Source: Lingula anatina (lineage: Eukaryota > Animalia > Brachiopoda). From it: 64,000 nucleotides of DNA. Every line of letters starts with the position of its first letter. Position 1 is the first letter of the stretch. Shown piece by piece: positions 40,658-53,859 of the stretch. The position numbers were made by a program, and so were the translations under genes. The notes beneath the pieces were generated by a model. It was not told the DNA's origin. It saw nothing but the letters and a program-made list of their open reading frames with translations, and did not search any database. The stretch is taken from contig CM120646.1 of assembly GCA_051362555.1 (NCBI GenBank), positions 1,860,001-1,924,000 of the forward strand, written 5' to 3'.

Positions 40658-40874
40658 TTCAATGACGAGTGCAAGTCCATGGGTTTCTATTCATTGATTT
40701 ATTTCAATCTGCTTTTCTTAACATTTATGTTGTTATTGGTAACACTATTTAAATGTATACACGTTATAAAAAAGTCAATTGATTAAGTGTGATATTCAAT
40801 TCTAAAAATTCGATAATGATTTTAATGTAATGGTAATTTAAATGATTTAAAAATCCGCAATGTGAATGTAAGAC

Positions 40875-41086
40875 TGCATTCCCATAGATTCAAATCGATC
40901 CATCTAGATCGACCTAACTCAACGGGGGTTCACGCTTAATAGCGGTCAGCCAAACGTGCACGGTAGTTAATTACCTCCTTACAGCTTTTAGTAGGCGGGG
41001 CAGACATTTAAGCCGGCTAAGCTGTCAGTATTCTAGTGAGCCTGCCCACAGGGATAGATCGATCTAAAATCTGTGAAAATGGGGTC
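40875..41086 (-). mobile_element. ~225-bp MITE copy 4, just 5' of the LINE fragment
   Basis: Diverged copy of the 5157-5380 family; absent in the C paralog. Confidence 0.75.
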
Positions 41087-41089
41087 TTA

Positions 41090-41996
41090 GAAAAGACACG
41101 GGAACAATAGAGTTCTTCAACATCATGACGGGTGTCAGACAGGGGTGCATTTTATCGCCTTTTTTATTCCTGATGGTGGTTGATTTTGTGATGAGAGAGG
41201 CTACAGAAGAAGATGGAACCGGTGAGAATTGGGTAAATGGTAGTGAACTGAATGATCTAGACTTTGCAGATGACATCGCCTTGCTGGCGAAGGATGAAAA
41301 TGGCCTACAACAACTAACGTCTAATATGGAAATAGCAGCTCGCAAATTTGGACTGAAAATTAGCAGTGAAAAGACCAAAGTGATGTACGTGGGAGCTAGA
41401 AACATTACACCAATAAATGCTGGGACTGAACCAGTTGAGGAAGTAACGCGATTCACATGCTTAGGAAGCCTGATAACCATGAATGGTGATGCTGAAATGG
41501 ATGTCAAAAGCAGAGTCGGTAAAGGAGCTAGAGTGTTTAGAAGAATGAACAATATCTGGAAATCGACATCAATGAGCACACAGTTGAAGATATGCCTTTA
41601 TAACGCATGAAAAAGCACTGTGAATGTGGACAGAAGACTGGATGTTTTTTATCAGAGGTGCCTACGTCGAATAATGAGAGACCATATCACCAACGAAGAA
41701 GTGCTTAGGAAGGCAATGTCAAGACCATTGCATGAAACAGTCACCATTCATCGGATAAAATTGGCAGGACACTTCATTCGACTACCAGCTGAGGGGCATG
41801 CAAAAACTGTTATGACTTGGGTACCACCGGGAGGCAAGCGCAAACGAGGTAGACCGAGGATATATGCTGGAGGAGAACCTTCCAGAATGATCTGCAACGA
41901 GGGAACATCGGGTGGGAGGAGATAGAGAGGGCCGCTGCCGACCGAACAAGTTGGAAAAAGTTTGCCGCCCAATGTCCTACGTTGAACAGGAGGACC
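41090..41996 (+). mobile_element. 5'-truncated RTE-like LINE (reverse transcriptase C-terminal part), degenerate
   Basis: TGVRQGCILSPFLF, DLDFADDIALL and GGKRKRGRPR motifs, with frameshifts. Confidence 0.9.
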
Positions 41997-42541
41997 TCAG
42001 ACTATAAATAGGCATATAGTTCTGAATAATGTCAATTTTTTTTGGGTTTGGAAATGAACAATCTTATAAATTCAATCTCACAATTATTGCAAATATGCTG
42101 CAAATTTACAAAAAGTTCTTGAAAATATGCCGAAACCTCTGACTAACTGTTGTTGTTGTTGTTTTGAGAAGCCTACCTCAAAAAGTTATGGATGTATTTT
42201 AGTTACCTGAATAGGTCCGAAATAGGATAATCTATGCGTGATTAGATTTTGGTGATGACTTATCGTAAATTATTAATTACTTGTCTTTGCAGAGGTCATC
42301 AGATTTGGTGTATATGAACATGAAGATGCCTTATTGAACTACACTGAAAATCAAACCACAAGCACCCAAAAGATCAAATATTGTTTTTCTTACAACCTTC
42401 AATGTTAATTTTAACTTGGTATGAAATCTAGTCTGACCGGAATCTGTTGACCCCCACATTATCAATCATTTACTATTTTTTGTGAATACCCTTTTTTTTT
42501 TTTGTGAATGCAGCTGAATACCGATTCCTTGTAAAACATTT

Positions 42542-42854
42542 CCTGCACGAAAATGCAGTAGTATCGAAGTAGCAAAAAAGCATTAACGCAGTAATGGTGT
42601 GGAGCATATTTGCAGTAGAAATGCAGCATAGCCTACTGCAATTCTACTCCAAAAAGTACATAGGTTTGTACAGAGAGGAGCATTAATGCAGTAGATTAGC
42701 AGCATGATAGAAGCATGTTTCAAATATGCTAATTAGCTCCCAAATCGAAGCAGATTTGAAGCATGTTTGCAGTATGTTTGCAGTAGTCTACTGCGGTTTG
42801 CATTATGATTGCAGTAGTCTACTGCGCTGGAGTATCTACTGCGTTTTCTTGCGG
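42542..42854. mobile_element. Short inverted-repeat element with internal TGCAGTA repeats, specific to the B unit
   Basis: CCTGCACGAAAATGCAGTAG...CTACTGCGTTTTCTTGCGG; absent from the homologous C and E positions. Confidence 0.6.
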
Positions 42855-43538
42855 AAATTTAAATCCTGGAAGAAACTTTTTTGGTCCCGACAGCAATAAA
42901 TGTTTGAGATTTTATTTGGATCAAGCCAAGGTCGCTGGCATATACGAAATAAAATTGTCCGAAGATAATTCTCCAATTTTGAGATAGTGCCCTTTAACAC
43001 TTGCGCAGCTTATGACCTTACTACTCTGATTCATTATCATCAGCCAGAAGGTTCCCCAGCAGGCAAACGACATTGATTTCACGTTGATTCAACGTTGATT
43101 CACCAAAATTAACGTTGATTCAACGGTGAATCAGTGTCGTTTGTCTGCTAGGTTCGGTTCGGACCGCTGTGGCCCTCCACTAAACTCTATCCTGCGCCAG
43201 TCTGTAAGCATCCACAAAGTTTATTCTGTCCAAACTACTCTGATTACAATGCCTCAAACAAAATACAGGGTATGTAACCGCCCTATGGTTCGTGTAATAA
43301 TAATTGAAATATGTATTAAGTGATATTTACTTACTATTGTGCTCTAGTGATGTATAGAAAATAAAAATATGCACCGACTTCGAAAGACTATCGACTATGT
43401 AATGCTAACATATATCTGAATACCAAATTGTTTAAATGAGCAGAATATGACCAGTAACAATTCAATCCGAAGTTAAATTAAATCTGACAGGTGTTGTATA
43501 GTAGTTTACGCTGTCCATACATAATGAATGATACTTAC

Positions 43539-43630
43539 TGTTGGTAGATATATTACAAAGTGATAACCAGTAGTTTGCGGTCTTCAGTCTTGTAATGAAT
43601 GAAGCAAGCGGCGACTAGTATTTAACATGA
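43539..43630 (-). promoter_or_regulatory. Putative non-coding exon 1 and core promoter of gene B (homologs at 49165-49262 for C and from 63542 for E)
   Basis: Minus strand reads TTAAATA...GCTTGCTTC..TCATT...|GTAAGTATC, echoing the type I promoter and donor. The full layout is conserved in B and C; the donor end is also present in E. Confidence 0.5.
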
Positions 43631-46134
43631 AATTCACTGTTACAAAAACAAACTGAGTGCTTTTGCAATCATCCGAGAATGAAGGTACTTTTTAAGCGAT
43701 TTGTAGGTTAAAAAGCATTATTGCTTTGTCATTGCGTGCATTCTGTGGTAGACAAAAACACGTATCTTTCAAACCATGAAAGGCAGTTTTTAGGATGGTA
43801 GCGCATTTTGTATGAGACAGCTTTGATGCATAATTATTATAGCGGTTGAAAAAACCAATTCAATCATTTAGAAGCTTTGAACAGTTAGGTGGCTTTACAT
43901 ATTTTTTTTCTCAAAACATTGTCAATCTTTAAAGATATAGAATTAACAAACCGCTTATATTGATAAGTTTATTGATACGTATTATTATTATTATATTTAT
44001 GGAAGTGTTTTCTCTGCCGACCCAGCAGAAAATGCATACGTTAGTATGTGTTCATTTATCTCTGTGTGTGTGTGTGTGTGTATGTGTGTGTGTGTGTGTG
44101 TGTGCATTAAATTGTCACTGTCGCTTGAGGCATTACGTTGGTTACAGATGCTCTGGTATAAAACGCGTTTGTATTTCCATTGGAGAATGATCTTTTCATC
44201 TTTGGGGTGCAGCAGTTTCTTCAGGGTGTTTAAAAGGTATTAAGGAGTTCATCCTATATTCATTTTATGCACACGAGAGCTTCTCAATCGGTTCTCTTGT
44301 CTGTAGCATGAAAATCGTGCCATGGCGGGCTGTTGCATTTTGCGCCGTAGCTGAGATGTACTTGGAAAACTCAACTTTGCCAGTAGTAGTTTTCTTTAGT
44401 ACTTGCATATTTACCAACTGATAATCCGAAAGCAAAGTAAAAAAAAATGTTCATTTTTGTACTTTAAAGATAATGATCTGATTCACAACAACTCTATACA
44501 TCTAAAGAAGATAAGCAGTTGAAGCTACATTACACGCTAGCATCTGTGTATTTTACTTTTTTTAGAATTTCTTACTCTTGCGGATTGTAGTTGGACACTG
44601 TACGTAGGACTCTATTGTGATTAGTATCTGTAACTGAAATATCAACGATTTCTTAGGAATAGATTGAAAATCCAATTGGATTTATTCTTTTAATTGCTCT
44701 CTTTTTCTCAAGACCGTGCCTCAACAATTACATGGTCGATTCTGAAATTTTACGCGTCATTCTGTAAAGCAGAAAAAGACGGAGTTCACGCAATTGGCTA
44801 ACTGAGCCAGGACTTGAAAAGAAAAGGACTTTACAAAATGGAGTTTTAGCAAGAAGAGAAAGACACACGCACAAAAAATGAGCCAAAAACGGTTTCAAAC
44901 ACAGATGGAAACGCGCGTGGATTATAAGAACTGCAACATTGAAGAAGTGACAGATCATTATCGTCCAATAAACCGATTGTTTTGTGCAGGTATGTTTTTT
45001 TAAGTTAAGCGATTACGTCTTGGTAATGTATGTATGTATTCTAATTATGTGGAGAAAAACAAAGTTTTCCAAATAATTAATGGCTGTCAGTTTTTAGAAA
45101 GCTTCAGTGACTTTTGTTTGGGATAACTTTGATTCTTAATTATTATAGTGGTTGCAAAAACCCATTCAATCATTCGTACATTTTTAAAAAGTTATGCCGT
45201 TGTATATCATGCTTTCTTTCATTTTGGCTTTTTTCAAATAAATGTACTGTTAACTAATAGTTTGTGCAGAGAAATTCAACAAACCGTATTGCTATATTTC
45301 ATGTAAGATTGATGATAACAATTCTGCACTAGGCAAAAAAGTTAGGGACTTTTACAACAAAGTTCCATTTTTTCAGTAATCCGACTGACGATGGTTCTAG
45401 CCCTGAATCTCATTGTGAGAATACTTATACAAAATTTTAATCCGGACGAAATCTTTATTTCATACAGAAATGGTTTCACAGAATAAGGCAGAAGAGCGTG
45501 TAGAGAGAAGCTATGGGAAATACAGACTCGTTACAATAAATTAGATCAAGGTTTTAAGGAAAATCTGAATATAATGCACTGAAAGCAAAATAATGAGGAT
45601 TGTACGCATCTGGTTTTCAGCAATTCCAGACCAATTTAATCATCCGTATCCATGCCCGTATCACGTCTTACTTTGGAGATTGCTGTAGTGTCTGAAACAG
45701 AGTTGTTTTATGAAATGAACAGGAATGACTGGGTATCGTAGACGAACATTTTTCTAGATATTTTATGCATTTAATTTGCAATGGTTTACAACCATGGCCC
45801 TGAGGAAGATAAACTTGAATTAACCTGAATTGCGGTTTAGCATAATTCGATTATAATTATGTTGGACGGAAACTAAAAAGACGTACAAGCTTAATGTCAG
45901 GAGATAACAATTAAGACCGATCACTTTTTTTTTCTTAAGCAATGCGAAAATTGCCAATGTCCCATAAAAAGCGTTTTCCTTTTTTTCAATTTTCTGTGAA
46001 GCTGATAACAGCTGCAAGTTTCATTCAGGGAATATAACAAATAAGATGTAATAAGAAATATAAATTTTAGAAGTGGAAATGCAAAATTCAGTATGTGAAA
46101 ATTGAACAGCCCCTCCTTACCTGTTACCGGCGTC

Positions 46135-47336
46135 TTAAGCGTCCCACACTGACCGTTTGTTTGTACACGTGCACCTGGTTGCTGCCCTTGTCCCCGTGAT
46201 AAGCCAAGATCTGAAATATACAAATTTATGTAAGTTATCATTTCAGGGTTTTATCTAAGTGGGCGACAACAATGTCGAGTAAAGTCAGGAAAACAAAACC
46301 AAATTCGCGTACAATTTACTATTATATGTGGGGCACAGGTTTGGATAAATGCTTTGTGTTAATCTTTGTTGTTTTGGAGAAAGAAAAGGAAGTAAGAATC
46401 TATTAAGGGGTCCCGCTGGGCTCCCCCCCCTTCTCCCCGTTGTCAATCAGCGCTTATATCAATTGAGTTACGCTCAAAATGTTAAAACATTGAAATGTAA
46501 AAGCAAAATCAAAGTTTACGTCAAAGTTGGATTTTCAATTGAAAAGGATAATGATGGGAGAGAGCAGCATAAAATATGTAATATAGCATAAAACAGCATA
46601 AGTCCATAGAATACGTACACAAATCCACTTAATTGTCTGCCGCAGTCACGTCGACACCCTCCAGCACAGGCACAGCCGAAAATGTTACATCGGCCGTATC
46701 CACAATATGGAGTTCCCTAAAGACAAAGTAACACATCTATTTACATAAACATTTTAACATATACAGCGCAAAATGCAGTCCATTCCTTTTTTCATGTAGA
46801 TTGCAATCAAAAACCGATGTTTTGGCAAGGAAGGGCCTTTTAATTTTTTTTTATTTTTGGCCACGTCAGTAACGTAGGGTTATACTTAGCCTTGTGTATG
46901 TTGACAATGAGCTGAAAATGTTGCAAAGTTGAGTTTCACATTCTGTCAGAAAAAAACTACAAAAGTTTACTCAGAAATTTTATGTACGATTTCTGAAAAG
47001 TTTATGGTTTAATTGCCAATTAATATGACACGTCTGGTTTGAAAACGCACACTGTTACTTTCTTTAGAGTGAAAATATACACCAGGTCGCTTCTACACAT
47101 GTAAAAGGCCTATTCATTCACAACAGATAGTGTAACCTGTATAATTAATCAAGAATTTTTTCACTCAAAGAATAAAAAAAACAAAGTAATACATAAAGTC
47201 AGACTAAAATACCTACCTTGGTGCAGTCTGCGCAGAACAGTTTGGTCACTTTTTTACAACAAACAGATTCAGTTTCTTCAATCAGACTGGATGTTAAAAA
47301 TATTGCCACCAGAAAGCTAGCCAAAGTGCCTACCAT
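46135..47336 (-). CDS. Mytimycin/Diedel-like 12-Cys prepropeptide C (type II, 97 aa, shortened tail). Exons: 47336-47217, 46716-46619, 46210-46135
   Basis: MVGTLASFLVAIFLTSSLIEETES|VCCKKVTKLFCADCTKGTPYCGYGRCNIFGCACAGGCRRDCGRQLSGFVSWLITGTRAATRCTCTN-KR-SVWDA*. Confidence 0.86.
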
Positions 47337-47699
47337 CTTCTGAAATTTAAAAAGAAAAAATAATGTCATAGTCAAAGCTTTAGAACAAAGATTATGGTAT
47401 GATCAATACGGTAATCTTAAAAAATTATTGTACATAAACTTTTAGTAGACAAAGGAACTCGAGAAGCGATGCATGGCGACAACGTGCTTTGACCTGGGTT
47501 TCCATTCATTGATTTATTTCATTCTTCTTTTTGTTAACACTTATTTTGTTATTGGTAACACTATTTAACTATATATATATATATACGTTATAAAAATCAA
47601 TTGATTAAGTGTGATGTATATAATTCTCAAAAATTTGATAATGATTTTAATGCAATGGTGATTTAAATGATTAAAAAATCCGCAATAGGAATGTTAGAA

Positions 47700-48626
47700 C
47701 AGAGACGGGAACGACATAGTTCTTCTACATCATGACGGGTGTCAGACAGGGGTGCATTTTATCGCCTTTTTTATTCCTGATGGTGGTTGATTTTGTAATG
47801 AGAAAGGCTACAGAAGAAGATGGAACCGGTGTGAATTGGGTAAATGGAAGTGAACTGAATGATCTAGACTTCGCAGACGACATCGCCTTGATGGCGAAGG
47901 ATGAAAATGGCCTACAACAACTAACGTCTAATCTGGAAATAGCAGCTCGCAAATTTGGACTGAAAATTAGCAGCGAAAATACCAAAGTGATGTACGTGGG
48001 AGCTAAAAACATTACACCAATAAATGTTGGGACTGAACCTGTTGAGGAAGTAACGCAATTAACATACTTATGAAGCCTGATAACCATGAATGGTGATGCT
48101 GAAATGGATTTCAAAAGCAGAGTCGGTAAATGAGCTACAGTGTTTAGAAGAATGAACAATATCTGGAAATCGACATCAATAAGCATACAGCTGAAGATAC
48201 GCCTTTATAAAGCAGTGGTACTACCAACTGTACTTTATGCTAGCGAAACATGGAAAAGCACTGTGAAAGTGGACAAAACCGGATGTTATTCATCAGAGGT
48301 GCCTACGTCGAGTAATGAAGATCTCATACAGAGATCATACATCAACGAAGAAGTGCTTAGGAAGGCAAAGTCAAGATCATAAAACCATGAAACAGTCACC
48401 ATTTGTCGGATAAAATTGGCAGGACTCACCACTCGACTACCAGCTTAGGGGCATGTAAAAACTGCTATGACTTAGGTACCACCGGGAGCGCAAACGAGGT
48501 AGACCGAGGATATATACCGGAGGAGAACCTTCCAGAATGATCTGCAAAGAGGGAACATCAGGTGGGAGGAGATGGAGAGGGCCGCTGCCGACTGAACAAG
48601 TTAGAAAAAGTTTGCCGCCCAATGTG
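47700..48626 (+). mobile_element. RTE-like LINE fragment, co-duplicated copy of 41090-41996
   Basis: Same RT motifs and same intron position in gene C; several stop codons. Confidence 0.9.
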
Positions 48627-49614
48627 GGACATTATCAACCTCTGACTAGTTTTATCGTGGACAAACAGTTTAATACAGATTCCTTGTGGAACACATCCTG
48701 GAAGAAACTATTTTGGTCCCGACATGAAAATTATGTTTGGGATTTTATTAGGATCAATTCAAGTTCCCTGGCAGATACGATACAAAATTGTCCCAAGATA
48801 CCTGTACTTCTCCAACTTTAAGATAATGTCTTTTAACTCTATACGCAGCTTTAGACCTAACTACTTTGATTACAACGTCTTAAATAAAATAACGGGTACG
48901 TAACCACTCTATGGTTCGAGCAATAATAATCGAAATACGCATTAAGCGATATTTATTTACTATTGTGCTCTAGTGATGTATAGAAAATAAAAACATGCAC
49001 CGACTTCGAAAGACTATCGACTACGTTATGCTAGCCTATTTCTGAATACCAATTTGTTTAAATGAGCAGGATATCACCAGTATCAATTCTATACGGGGTT
49101 AAATTAAATATGTAAGGTGTTGTATAGTAGTTTACACCGTCCATACATAATGAATGATACTTACAGTTGGTAGATATAATAGAAATGGATAACCAGTAGT
49201 TTACGGTCTTCAGTCTTCAGTCTTTTAATGAAGGAAGCAAGCAGTGACTAGTATTTAACATGAAATTCACTTCTACCCAACAAACTGAGTGTTTTTACAA
49301 TCAACCAAGAATGATGGTACTTTTTAAGCGTTGTTAGCATCTGATTGGTTAATAAGCATTATTGCTTTGTCAGTGCGCGCATTCTGTGGTAGACAAACAC
49401 ACGTTTCTCTCAAACTATGACAGTCAGTTTTTAGGATGGTAGCGCTCTTTGTTTGAGTCAGTTTTGATGCATAATTATTATAGCGGTTGCAAAAACCAAT
49501 TCAATCATTTAGAAGCTTTGAACAGTTAGGTGGCTTTACATCATTATTTTTTTCTCAAAGCATTCTCAAGAGAGAGTTAACAAACCGCATATATTGACAC
49601 GTTTCTTGAAGTGT

Positions 49615-49682
49615 TATTATTATTAATATTATAATTATTATTATTATTATCTGTTGAATTTACACGCATCTCATCTCAGTCA

Positions 49683-49736
<54 letters not shown>

Positions 49737-49790
49737 CCGTTGAAGTAACACGTATCTCATCTCAGTCACATTATTATTATTATTAGTAGT
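49615..49790. repeat. (ATT)n microsatellite interspersed with a duplicated ~35-bp unit
   Basis: Long ATT runs separated by two copies of TTGAA...CACG.ATCTCATCTCAGTCAC. Confidence 0.85.
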
Positions 49791-49908
49791 AGAAGTAGGA
49801 GGAGGAGGAAAGTCTCTTCTCTGCCGACCCAACATAAACTCCTGGAGCTTGCAGTTTCTGGACTAAAAGTTTAATTTCATATTTATGTATTCATTTATTC
49901 ATTCATCT

Positions 49909-49947
<39 letters not shown>

Positions 49948-50807
49948 GAATTATCACTGTGGCTGAAAGCATTATCTTGAATACAGATGCTTTGGTATAA
50001 AACGCGGTTGTCTTTCCATTAGAGAATGATCTTTTGCTCTTTGTAGTGCAGTAGTTTGTTCAGGATGTTTTAAAGGTATTAAGGAGTTCATCCTATTGTA
50101 TGTAGACGATCTTTTTTTGGATCTTTTGTGTGTAGCATGAACCTTGTACCATGGCCGGTGAAGAGTGCCGTAGAGTCCGGTCCTTTCAGATATAATAGAA
50201 ATCGATAACCAGTAGTTTACTGTCTTCAGTCTTAGCCTTGTAATGAATGAAGCAAGCAGTAACTAGTATTTAACATGAAATTCACTTCTACCCAACAAAC
50301 TGAGTGTTTTTCCAATCATCCGAGAATGATCATATTTTTTAAGTGATCTGAAGGTTAAAGAGCTTTATTGCTTTGTCAGTGCGCGCATTCTGTGGTAGAC
50401 AAACCCACGTTTCTTTCAAACCATGATAGTCAGCTTTTAGGATGGTAGTGCTCTTTGTTTGAGACGGCTTTGACACATAATTACTAAAGCGATTCCAATA
50501 ATAAATTCAATCATTTGGAAGCTTTAAACGGGTAGGAGGTTTTACATTATTTTTCTCAAAGCTTAGTCAATCCTACAAAGTTAACAAATTATATTGATAG
50601 GTTTATTGATAAGTTTCAAAGTATTATTATTATAATTCTTATCATTGGCTTTTATTATTATTATTATTATTATTATTGAAGTTGCACATCATATTATGTG
50701 ATGGTACATAGTTAGACGTGTTAAAGTTTGGTGTCAACAAGACTACTCAAACCTCAAGTACTTGCGTAGAATTCTCGCAGTGTGTAGCAATATGGTCTTT
50801 TGAAGTT

Positions 50808-51047
50808 ACACACACTGGACAATAGAAGTGTCACCCCTACTGAACCACTACTTTGGGGGAGATGAATGACTGTGGAATGATATGCTCCTGGTATCATTTT
50901 ATTAACATCAAATTTCACAAAAGAAACGGTTCTGACTGAACAATTCAACTGCATCGATATTCTGACATTGCTTATATTCCGCCTCTTCAGGTTAATAACT
51001 TTGATTACTCTGATCCAGGGGGTGACACTTCTGTTGTTCAGTGTGTG
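50808..51047. mobile_element. ~240-bp Tc1/mariner-type MITE; second, inverted copy at ~56750-56988
   Basis: TIR CACACTGGACAATAGAAGTGTCACCCC. The 56750 copy is absent from the homologous intron of gene A. Confidence 0.8.
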
Positions 51048-52845
51048 CACACGCATCTCACCTCTGTTAGAAACGTACAAGTACCTGAATGCAAGTTCAC
51101 GTATAGGTCTGTGTGATTACATTTTCTTAGTGATGACTGTACAGCCAACGCTGTGGACGTTAATGCAAGAAACGCGTATTGTACGTGAATTTTTTTTTTT
51201 TTTTTTTTTTTTTGGACATTCTGTACACACATTCTAATAGTGCATTTATGTGCATATACCTTATAAAGGTTAATATATTCCATATATTCTGACTTATTCA
51301 CTGATCGCATGTTGGATATACCAAGTAATTCATCAAAAGTATGTGGAAAAATAACAATTGTTAAAAGTATGTTAAAATGTTTAAAGTAATAGGATATCAC
51401 TGGTAGCAATACACTGAGGTTAAATCAAATATAAATGATGTGGGAGAAGGGTCTCCCTATCCTCTGTGAGACTGTACTCATATGAATGTGATTGGCTGAT
51501 CATACAGAGGCCAAGTGGCACTGTCCAATCAGGCTGACTGAAATTAAGGAAGAAACACCTGGAACTTATTTTATAAGAGCTAAGCTCCCTGGAAAGCTTA
51601 CATAACATTGATAATCTCATCTCACCAATATGTGACCAATAAATTATATTTGCACTTGATAGATATTATCGGAATTGATAATCGCTAGTCTGATAATTGA
51701 TTGATAATCTGTTGACTTCAGTATTTCAATGAATTGAATAATGTAAAAAATAAAGAACTTTTATATATAATTCATAATCATCCAATGAATATAGTTTATG
51801 TTTATTTAACCGCACGTGTTTGAATCGGCAATTAGCGAGCGCTGAGCTGGAAAAAAAGGGCACTTTCATATAATGACAGTCGGTTTTTAGGAATTAACTT
51901 TGATGTATTTTGTTTGTGGCAGATTTGACGTGTATATGTTGTATTTGTTTTTCTAGTGAAAACATTTTGTGGTGTTAAAAGAAACAAAACCTTTCAAAAC
52001 ATGGCAGTTGGTTTTTAGGAAGCTTTGGAGCCTTTTGTTCAGGATAGAGTTGACGCATAATGATTATAGTGGTTCCAAAAACCTATCCATTATATGTAAG
52101 TTTTGACAGTTTGGAAGTTCTGTTTCTATTCTTTTTTCTTTCTATGCAGCGTTGTCCTCAGCTTATAACCAATGTAAGTCCTCGGTTTACCCTCTCAGTG
52201 GCTTTCCGGGACACAAATTTATCAAGCGTTTTGGGGGCCAATCTATAAAAGTTCTATAAATGACAGATAAGCTGGTGTCATGTTCCCGAATGGATTCGTT
52301 TTCGCGTTTACATGCATATTCAATGCTATTTTTAGAAAATTCTGAAGTTTTATCAGAACAGTCACAGTACCTCAGTAATGAAGTATTTGATCTGAAGTTA
52401 TTGCGATGAAACAGCTGAGAATCCAAAGCAAGCATAATATATATAATCATAATATATATAGATTGTCCGTTGTCAGTAGTTACACTATACATGTATATAC
52501 TAAATACTAAGTTCACTTTAGATTACAATTAAAGGGCAGGAAAAGGAACCTACCATTGTCAGCCAGAACAGAAGCTTCATGTAACTGTCTCATAAACCGA
52601 TTATTAGAGACGATTTGTAAATTTCAATAGTTTCCTAAATCTTATGTTCATATGTACATTTGAATATTTACAAACTGAACGACGCACTCTTTGTAATCAC
52701 CCTCATAATGACACACCAAATCTATTGCACTGAAACACTGCCATTCATGATGATAACGGCTGCAGTTTTTTACCTAAATTACGTTCATGCGGAGTAAAAA
52801 CTTTATTTTGCCACTACCAGCATTTTCCAATGTCTCTGAAACGGA

Positions 52846-52948
52846 ATATAAGTGCATGCTTGTTACTCACTTGCATCATTCTGTTCCACCAGAACACCTA
52901 GAGCAAAGACGAGAGCATCGCGGTGCGTTTGACTGAACAGAGAACGTG
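52846..52948 (+). promoter_or_regulatory. Core promoter and non-coding exon 1 of peptide gene D
   Basis: TATAAG, TCATT and donor GTAAGT; homologous to 29500-29597. Confidence 0.6.
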
Positions 52949-53859
52949 TAAGTATAACTCCTCTTGCATTATTACTTAAGCCTAAGTAACATTTGCTCTA
53001 CATTGTCCGTATTGTGCACGTTTGCTGCCCGTAACACCCTATTCGTGCGATGACCATGTGAAAGCAGGCGATGGCCGTGCGAAACTGTACGGATTCACGG
53101 CCTCCGTTGCCTCCACTATTTGTCAAGCTTAAACTTTTTACAAGTTTTGAAAATGCTTAGCCCATGGATCGTAGATCGCATGGCACTGTTGTGTTTCGGG
53201 CATTTACATTGGATTTGAGGTGGTCATGATGATGATGATTGAACCTGTGTTGGGTCTCTTTCCCTTCCACCTAAGGTTTAGCTAGGATAACAATGGTAAA
53301 TATGTTTAAACCTTAGTATAATGCACTTTCATGAATTTAAAGTTGTGCGTTTCCTTAATCTGACAACATGGGTGCTCAAAATGTAGAGGATTGCACCGAT
53401 ACAAAAGTTGTATCAAAAATCGAATGCCATTTTGTTTTTAGTTAATGGAACTCATTTTTATTCAAATTTTTGGGTTTTCTTTAGTTTTGATAGCGGGTAC
53501 GTGCATTCCTTCTCATTGAATCATTATTAGTTTGGCAATTTAGCCATTATATCCCTTATGTTTAAAATCAGAGGATAGACCACTCTCATTTACATTCTGT
53601 GATTTTGCTGATGTATTTATTATATAGAACATCTTCCCCTGCAATGATTAAAACAGTCGTTTTGTTTCTTTGTTTAATGTCCTTATATTGGCCTTAAACG
53701 GTATCTATTCAGTTGATATAAATCCGTTATATGACAATATATAAATTATATAAAGCCATTTGAGAGGTATTTCAGGAATAAATAACATTCCTTCATCGAT
53801 AGCACCAATGCTATCTAATAAATAATATACATATGTATTTACCTCTAAAATTTCAGGAA

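Noticed and set aside
41064-48186. Minus-strand 171-aa and 153-aa ORFs
   Set aside because: Antisense frames of the LINE reverse transcriptase fragments.
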